Positions 57,677-64,000 of a stretch of 64,000 nucleotides of DNA are shown here, in pieces. The stretch is from contig OY970303.1 of assembly GCA_963716255.1 (NCBI GenBank), positions 1,952,001-2,016,000 on the forward strand. The letters run 5' to 3'. The first letter of the stretch is position 1, and the number at the start of each line of letters is the position of its first letter. The position numbers and the translations under genes are program-made. Below the pieces are notes generated by a model, which saw nothing but the letters and a program-made list of their open reading frames with translations, was not told where the DNA came from and searched no databases. Source of the DNA: an uncultured Gemmatimonadales bacterium (GTDB lineage: Bacteria > Gemmatimonadota > Gemmatimonadetes > Longimicrobiales > Longimicrobiaceae).

Positions 57677-58378
57677 TCAGTCCCCGTAGGCGGCGCGGCC
57701 CGACGCCATCTCGCGCTTGGCCTGCCGCTCCATCATCCAGTCGATCATCTCGCGGCCGGCATACGCCAGCTCCGAGAACAGCGTGTCGAGCCGGGCGGTG
57801 AAGTAGTTGTACAGCCACACCGCCGGGATCGCCGCGATCAGGCCGATCGCCGTGGTGATCAGCGCCTCGGAAATACCCGCCGACACCGCCTCGAGGCCGG
57901 CGCCGCCCGTGCCCATGCCGGAGAAGGCGTTCACGATGCCCATGGTGGTCCCGAGCAGCCCCACGAAGGGAGCCGTCGCGCCGACCGTCGCCAGCAGGCC
58001 CAGCCCGGACTTCAGGTCGTTGGCGAGCAGGATCTGCTCGCGCTCCACCGAGCGCTCGGCGGAGGTGATCGCCGCGCCGGCGACGCGGGGATCGCCGAGG
58101 AGCGGGGCGACCTCGCGGAGCGACTCACCGAGAACGCGGGCCACGTGCGAGTTGGGGTACTGCTCCGTCAGGGCGAGGGCTTCGGGGATGTTGTCCGCCT
58201 CGAGCGCCGTGGAAAATTGGGGAGCGAACTCGCGAGTCGCCCGGGACATCTTGCGGAAGCGAAGCCACTTGGCGACGGCCACGGCGAGCGAGATCATGCT
58301 CATGATGAGCAGGATGATGATGATCCCCCGAGCGAACCACCCGGCTTGCTCCCACAGGTGACCGAAACTCATCTGCAT
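57677..58378 (-). CDS. exbB: MotA/TolQ/ExbB proton channel
   Basis: LATVGATAPFVGLLGT, GISEALITTAIGL..AIPA..YN. Confidence 0.92.
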   Translation of the reverse strand: MQMSFGHLWEQAGWFARGIIIILLIMSMISLAVAVAKWLRFRKMSRATREFAPQFSTALEADNIPEALALTEQYPNSHVARVLGESLREVAPLLGDPRVAGAAITSAERSVEREQILLANDLKSGLGLLATVGATAPFVGLLGTTMGIVNAFSGMGTGGAGLEAVSAGISEALITTAIGLIAAIPAVWLYNYFTARLDTLFSELAYAGREMIDWMMERQAKREMASGRAAYGD

Positions 58379-58521
58379 GGCTGCGTTCTCCTTCGCGCGA
58401 GTGCGCTTTCGTGTTGTTGAACCGTCCGGTCACGCCCCGCTCAGGCGCACCGCCCGAAATTTCCAGCAGGATCCTACGTTTTCCACCGGCCCGGATCAAG
58501 AGGCCGCACGCTCCGGGAGGC

Positions 58522-59298
58522 TCAGGACCTCTCGAGCGTCCAGCTGATCGGGATCTGGACCAGCACGGGAACGGCGCGCCCGCCCACCTTGGCCGGCCTG
58601 AACCGCATCTTCTCCACGACCTTGGTGGACGCCTCGCCGAACTGGTCGTGCGACGCGTTGATCACCGAAACGCTCGTCGCCTCGACGCGGCCCTGGGCGT
58701 TCACCACGAACTTCATCTGCACCTGGCCCGTGATCCCCGCGTCGCGGAGCAGCGGCGGGTACAGGCGCTGCAGCAGCCGCTGCACTTCGGGCCCGTTCTG
58801 GAGCTGGGGCTTTTCCTCCGCCAGGCTCACGTCGATCGGGGCGGTCCCGGTGTTGTCTTCCTTCTTGTCCGCCATGTTCTGCGGAACGCCGCCCTCCACG
58901 CCCTTGGAGGTGCCGCCGGCCACGCCCACGCCGCTGAAGTCCTCGACGTTGACGGCCTTCTGGTTGGGGTCCACGTCAGGGATCTTGGCGGGCGGCTCCT
59001 CGGGCGGAACCAGCTCCTGGAAGCCCTTTGCCACCGGGGGCGGAGCCTCCTCCGGCTCCGGCGGCGGCGGCGGGGGCGGCTCCTCGGCCTTGGGAGGCTC
59101 GGGGGCCTTGGGCTGCTCCGGCTCGATCTCCATGTAGGAGACCACCTCTTCCTTGACCTTCCGGCCCACCGCGGTGTGCTCCGTCGCGTACGCCGCGCCC
59201 CCGATGAGGAGGACGTGCGCCGCGATGGAGGCGAACATCGTGGTGGGCGAGAGGGCCTTGGTCTTCCGTCCCTCCGACGCCACAAGCTTGTTGAACAT
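58522..59298 (-). CDS. tonB: TonB family energy transducer
   Basis: TM S..AH motif, Pro-rich linker, YPPLLRDAGITGQV...FRPAKVGG. Confidence 0.9.
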   Translation of the reverse strand: MFNKLVASEGRKTKALSPTTMFASIAAHVLLIGGAAYATEHTAVGRKVKEEVVSYMEIEPEQPKAPEPPKAEEPPPPPPPEPEEAPPPVAKGFQELVPPEEPPAKIPDVDPNQKAVNVEDFSGVGVAGGTSKGVEGGVPQNMADKKEDNTGTAPIDVSLAEEKPQLQNGPEVQRLLQRLYPPLLRDAGITGQVQMKFVVNAQGRVEATSVSVINASHDQFGEASTKVVEKMRFRPAKVGGRAVPVLVQIPISWTLERS

Positions 59299-59837
59299 GC
59301 GGGAACCCCCTTGCGATCCAGGTTGGAGCCGGCGTGCTGAGTATTGCGGCGCTTCGGGCTCGTGCCGGCTCCCCGTCGGCGGAACCGCGCCAGCGCCGGC
59401 GGCATGACCGCCGCGGACACCTTGATTTCTCGACTTCAGTGCACCGGCCGCGGCCGGCGTTCCGCCTCGTGCCCAGGAGCCCCGCCCGACTTCGGCCTTC
59501 CGCTAGCGAACGTTAGATCGAAACCTCGTCCCGTGACCCGAACGAACGGGTGTCAGGAGGTCGCAACGACGTTGAAGGGAATTTTTTCCAAGGGCTCTGT
59601 AACCTGTAGAACGTGCTGGTGAAAGTCAAGACGACGCCCGCACCCACCGGTCACGCGCACGTAACACCCCCCACGAACCCCGGAGATCCCAGCCCGGACG
59701 CAGAAAACACGACAACTGGTAAACAGACGAACCCTGGTTTCCGGACCCTCCCGGGACTCCCCTCCGCGCCCACTTCGTCCTTATGCAAACTCCGATCCTT
59801 TCCGGCCGGAGGCGTGTATAATTATTCTGACTGACGC

Positions 59838-61751
59838 CTAAATACTCTGTTCTGTGCCTCTGGTTCCGCTGGCCGCCCGCTGCTCGACGGCGCGAGCCAC
59901 CTGCTCCAGCTCGAACGGCTTGGACAGCACCGGGATCCCGGAGGCGGCCATCGCCGCCACCGCCGCGTCGCTCAGCGGGGCGCCCGTGATGAACACCAGG
60001 CGCTCCTCGGCCCCGCCTTCGCGGGCCCGCAGCGCCGCCAGGAGCCTGTCACCGCCCAGGCCGGGCATGCGCAGGTCGGCGAGGATCACGTCGGGGGGCG
60101 CGTCCCGGGTCCCGTCCAGCAGGGCGAGCGCTTCGCGGCCGTCGGAGGCTTCGTCCACGCGGTGGCCGCGCCGCTCGAGGTAGCGGGCGATGGAGCGGCG
60201 GACGGGCGCCTCGTCGTCCACCACCAGCACCCGGAGCGGGCGCACCACCGCCGCGTGGACGGGCGCACGCCCCGGGGCGGCGGGCGCTCGCGGAAGCTCG
60301 ACGGCGAAGGCGGCTCCCTTTCCGGGCTCGCTGTCCACCCGGATCTCGCCGCCGTGCTCGGTGACGATCCCGTGCACCAGGCTGAGCCCCAGCCCCGCTC
60401 CCTGCCCCGGCTCCCGGGTGGTCCAGAACGGGTCGAAGATCCTTTCCAGGTTCTCCCCCGGGATCCCCGGGCCGCTGTCCACCACCTGGAGCGACACGCC
60501 GAGCGCGCTGGCCCGGGTGCGGACGATCAGCCGCCGCTCGCCGGGGTGGTCGGCGAGCGAGTGCTCGGCGTTGAGCACCAGGTTGAGCACGACCTGCTCC
60601 ATCTCGCCCGCGTCGGCCTGCACGGAGGGGAGGTCGCGGGCCAGGTCGGCGCGCACGTCGACGCCGTGGGTCTGGAGGGTGTACCTGCGGATCTCCAGGA
60701 CGCCGCGCACCACGTCGTTGAGCTGCACCGGGCCGCGCGGGCCGCCGCTCCGCTCGGTCTGGCGGGCGACCAGGCGGAGGTCGGCGACGATCCGGGCGGC
60801 GCGGGCCGCCTCGCGCTCGATCACCTCCAGCGCTTCCTGGTCTTCCGGGTGGCGCTCGTCCAGCAGGAGGAGCTGGGCGAAGCTCTTGATGGCGGCGAGC
60901 GGGTTGTTCAGCTCGTGCGCCACCCCTCCGAGCAGCGTGCCCAGGCTCGCGAGGCGCTCGGCGCGGCGGAGCTGGCCCTCGCGGGACGCCTCGCCGGCGG
61001 CGTCGCGAGCCATGGCGAGGAGCAGCTCCTCGCCCCGGGCGTCGCGCACCGCCCCCAGCGTCACCTCCAGGGGGACCGCGGCCCCGGACAGGGTGCGGAA
61101 GGAGATGCGCCCGCGCCATCCGCCCCCGGCCCGGGCCTTTCCGGCGCCCTCGGCGAAGCGCGCGCGCGCTTCGCCGCCCGGGAGGAAGTCGTCCGCGGTG
61201 TACTCCGCGTGGCGGCCCGGCGGGTAGCCCATCAGCCGCGCGTGCGCGGGGTTGGCGTAGCGGAAGCGCCCCGCGAGGTCGGTGATCGCGACCGGCTCTC
61301 CGAGCTGCTCCAGCGCCGCGGCGACCAGCGCGTCCCGCTCCCCGGCGGCTTGCACCTCGCGCGCGGCGAGCGCGGCGAAGTCGCGGAGCGCGTCCAGCTC
61401 CCCGGCGGACCACTCCCGGGGGCGGGAGTCGAGGGCGGCGATGCAGCCGAGCGTCCGCCCTCCCGCTCCGCCGAGCGGGACGCCCGCGAAAGCGGCGGGG
61501 CCGCCGTGCAGCGCGGTGTCCGTACCGGGCTCCGCGCGCACTACGTCCTGGCCGTGCCCGGCGACCGCGGCGCAGAGGGCGAGGACCGCCCCGTCACCTT
61601 CCGGCGGGGAGGGGCCGCCGCGGCCGCAGATCCTCTGCCCCGCGCTCTCCCCCACCGTGACGACCACGGCGGGAACGCCGAGCGTCCGCGCGGCGAGCCG
61701 GGCGATGCGGTCGAGCGCGCCGCCGCCGGCCGGCGGTCCTTGTGCGTTCAT
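59838..61751 (-). CDS. Hybrid histidine kinase (GAF-PAS-HisKA-HATPase-REC)
   Basis: HELNNPL, NLVLNA, DSGPGI, FDPFWTT, GLGLS, VLVVDDE, DLRMP, KPF. Confidence 0.92.
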   Translation of the reverse strand: MNAQGPPAGGGALDRIARLAARTLGVPAVVVTVGESAGQRICGRGGPSPPEGDGAVLALCAAVAGHGQDVVRAEPGTDTALHGGPAAFAGVPLGGAGGRTLGCIAALDSRPREWSAGELDALRDFAALAAREVQAAGERDALVAAALEQLGEPVAITDLAGRFRYANPAHARLMGYPPGRHAEYTADDFLPGGEARARFAEGAGKARAGGGWRGRISFRTLSGAAVPLEVTLGAVRDARGEELLLAMARDAAGEASREGQLRRAERLASLGTLLGGVAHELNNPLAAIKSFAQLLLLDERHPEDQEALEVIEREAARAARIVADLRLVARQTERSGGPRGPVQLNDVVRGVLEIRRYTLQTHGVDVRADLARDLPSVQADAGEMEQVVLNLVLNAEHSLADHPGERRLIVRTRASALGVSLQVVDSGPGIPGENLERIFDPFWTTREPGQGAGLGLSLVHGIVTEHGGEIRVDSEPGKGAAFAVELPRAPAAPGRAPVHAAVVRPLRVLVVDDEAPVRRSIARYLERRGHRVDEASDGREALALLDGTRDAPPDVILADLRMPGLGGDRLLAALRAREGGAEERLVFITGAPLSDAAVAAMAASGIPVLSKPFELEQVARAVEQRAASGTRGTEQSI

Positions 61752-61866
61752 TGCTTCCCCGGGGGGTGCGTCGGCCCGGAGCGGGGAGGACGGCACGTTC
61801 CGTTCGGGACAGGGAATCCCCGGTCCCATGAATATTCTAGGCCTGAACGGCTGGTCCGCAAGGTCC

Positions 61867-62805
61867 TCATCCGCCGCCCGCCGCGGTGAGCTCCAGGTGC
61901 CTGAGCAGCCCCCGGGCGATCATCTCGTAGCCGACCGCGAGCTCGTAGCGGTCCACCAGGGCGTCGTCGCCCCCCGCGGCGCGGATCTCGGCGTCGCCCA
62001 GGCGGCGCAGGCCGGCCGCGACCTCGGCGGCGTCCGCGCCGCGCTCCCTCTGTGCCTGGGTCCACCCGGCCCAGAAGAAGAGGCGCGCGATGAGCCCGTC
62101 CAGGTGGGGGCCCGGGTCGTCGAAGCCGCCGAAGTGGGTCAGGTACAGCCGGCGGGGCCCGAGCGCGCGGATGCGCCCCACGCTTTCGCGCCAGAGGGCC
62201 AGGTCCACGTCGGGTGGCGGGGTGGGCGGGCGGACGTGCGCCGAGCCGGGGAGCCTCACGCCGGCCACGTCGCCGGTGAAGACGGCCCCGGCCGCGGGCT
62301 CGTGCAGCGCCAGGTGGTGCCCGGCGTGGCCGGGGGTGAACAGGGCCCGGAGGACGCGGCCGCCGATGGGTAGCTCCTCGCCGTCGGCAAGGGGGGCGAC
62401 GCGCTCGGCGGGGACGGGGAGGACCTCGCCCCAGAGCGCGTCCATGGCGTCGCCGAAGACGCGGCGGGCGCTGCGCACCAGCTTCGAGGGGTCCAGCAGG
62501 TGCGGGACGCCGGCGGGGTGGACGTGGACGCGCGCGTGCGGGGCGTGGCGGAGCAGGCTCCCGGCGCCCCCGGCGTGGTCCAGGTGCACGTGGGTGAGGA
62601 CCACGCGGCGCAGGTCGGCGGGGTCGAAGCCGGCGGCGCGGATCCCCTCCAGCAGCCGCGGCAGGGTGGACGCCGGGCCGGACTCCACCAGGGTGAGACC
62701 GTCCGCCCCGGGGAGGAGGAAGGAGGCGATCAGCTCCTCGCTCCCCTGGAAGCGGTGGTCGATGACCCAGGTGCCGGGCTCTGCTTCGCGGACGACGGAC
62801 GGCAT
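61867..62805 (-). CDS. MBL-fold metallo-hydrolase
   Basis: THVHLDHAGG, TPGHAGHH, FTGD, THFG. Confidence 0.92.
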   Translation of the reverse strand: MPSVVREAEPGTWVIDHRFQGSEELIASFLLPGADGLTLVESGPASTLPRLLEGIRAAGFDPADLRRVVLTHVHLDHAGGAGSLLRHAPHARVHVHPAGVPHLLDPSKLVRSARRVFGDAMDALWGEVLPVPAERVAPLADGEELPIGGRVLRALFTPGHAGHHLALHEPAAGAVFTGDVAGVRLPGSAHVRPPTPPPDVDLALWRESVGRIRALGPRRLYLTHFGGFDDPGPHLDGLIARLFFWAGWTQAQRERGADAAEVAAGLRRLGDAEIRAAGGDDALVDRYELAVGYEMIARGLLRHLELTAAGGG

Positions 62806-63024
62806 GCGCTGCTCGGGGTCGGGGCGTGGCTCGCGGGAGGCGAAAGGGTATCACCGCGGACCCGCGGGCGGAAGAGCGCGGTTACCCGCGGGAGGATGTG
62901 ACGGGGATGCGGCTCCGCGCCGCGCCGCGGCGGGGACTGGCCCCGGACACGCGCCGAGGTAGATTGAGCCCGGGTACCGCCGCGCCCGCCCCGCTCCCCG
63001 GCCGACCTCCCCACCCCGCCCCGC

Positions 63025-64000
63025 ATGCAATCCTCCCCTCCGGCCCCTCCCACGCTCTCCGACCGCCAGCTGGCGGTGGAGACCCCCGAGCACGTCGCCG
63101 TCGGCTACGAGCTGGCGGACCTGGGCTCTCGCTTCGCCGCCCTGCTCATCGACGGCTTCATCGTCTCCTGCGGGCTGCTGGTGTTCGCGGTGGGGATGCC
63201 TCTCCTGGGCGTGGCGCTGGGCGTGCCGGGTTGGTTGGCGGGAGTGGGGCTGGCGGCGATCATGCTGCTGTCCTTTGCCTGGGTGTGGGGGTACTTCGTG
63301 TACTTCGAGGGGCTGCGCGACGGGGAAACGCCCGGGAAGCGCAGGATGGGGATCCGGGTGGTGCACGACGGCGGCTACCCGCTGACGGTGCGCGGCGCCG
63401 CCGTCCGCAACCTCCTGCGCGTGGTGGACATGCAGCCGGGGATCACGTGGCTGGTGGGCGGCGCGGCGATGATGCTGCACGGCGAGACCAAGCGGCTGGG
63501 CGACATGGCGGCCGGCACGGTGGTGGTGCGGGAGCGTACGGCCGCCGTGCTCCCGGAGGAGGCCGCGGCGGGGGCGAACGCGGCCGGTCCGCCGCGCCTG
63601 TCGCCGGAGGAGTTCGACACCCTCGCCCGGTACGTGGCCCGCCGCGGCACGCTGCAGCCGGAGGTGAGGCACGGGCTGGCGAAGCGGCTGCTGGAGCGGC
63701 TGGAGCGGCACGCGGCGGACGACCCGCGGCGCGCGGGGATGAGCCAGGACGCGTACCTGGCGGTGCTGCACGCGGACGAGGCCGCCCGCCACGCGGCGCG
63801 CGGCTCCGCGGGGACGGGCACCGCGCAGGCGGCGGGGCTGGTGCGCCGCCAGCGCGCGGCCTGGGACGCGTACCGGGCGCTGCTGGAGCGCGCGCGGAAG
63901 CGCGGGCTGGCCGCGCTGCCGGAGCGCGAGGTGTCGCGCTTCGCCGCGCTGTACCGCGAGGTGGCGGCGGACCTGGCGCGCGCCCGCACCTACGGCGGGT
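63025..64000 (+). CDS. RDD-domain protein apparently fused to a SpoIIM/DUF95-like domain; runs off window end
   Basis: Hand translation: VETPEHVAVGYELADLGSRFAALLID, GETPGKRRMGIRVV, KRLGDMAAGTVVV, then FAALYREVAADLARARTY. Confidence 0.82.
   Translation, partial: MQSSPPAPPTLSDRQLAVETPEHVAVGYELADLGSRFAALLIDGFIVSCGLLVFAVGMPLLGVALGVPGWLAGVGLAAIMLLSFAWVWGYFVYFEGLRDGETPGKRRMGIRVVHDGGYPLTVRGAAVRNLLRVVDMQPGITWLVGGAAMMLHGETKRLGDMAAGTVVVRERTAAVLPEEAAAGANAAGPPRLSPEEFDTLARYVARRGTLQPEVRHGLAKRLLERLERHAADDPRRAGMSQDAYLAVLHADEAARHAARGSAGTGTAQAAGLVRRQRAAWDAYRALLERARKRGLAALPEREVSRFAALYREVAADLARARTYGG

Noticed and set aside
59300..59835. Riboswitch upstream of tonB
   Set aside because: No cobalamin, TPP or other aptamer hallmark recognised; only a weak TTGACT-N17-CAGGTT promoter candidate near 59600-59630.

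Overview
GC-rich bacterial chromosome segment; gene content (SusC/SusD pair, TonB-ExbB-ExbD-ExbD, carboxypeptidase-regulatory-like proteins, RDD-SpoIIM fusion) suggests Gemmatimonadota/Longimicrobium-like, which is inference only. Most of the window is housekeeping, transport and regulatory genes. Notable elements: (1) a visibly lower-GC island at 1-~4660 encoding a WD40-Roc GTPase-COR-like-calcineurin-like metallophosphoesterase protein, mostly missing from the ORF track and split by an intact IS1380 with 17-bp IRs and a TTCAA target duplication; (2) ten dispersed copies of a ~130-150 bp multi-branched intergenic element with extensive compensatory base changes, seven in sense orientation just after stop codons; (3) two tandem secreted six-cysteine peptides with the CS-alpha-beta defensin spacing; (4) a tiny ORF with a perfect 13-nt match to the 16S 3' end and its own terminator; (5) a DUF4011-helicase-REase (HhE-like) gene next to decayed toxin-antitoxin remnants; (6) a sensor-DAC nucleotide cyclase; (7) a yybP-ykoY riboswitch before terC. 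No rRNA, tRNA or CRISPR array was seen. All calls come from reading motifs by eye; no searches were run.
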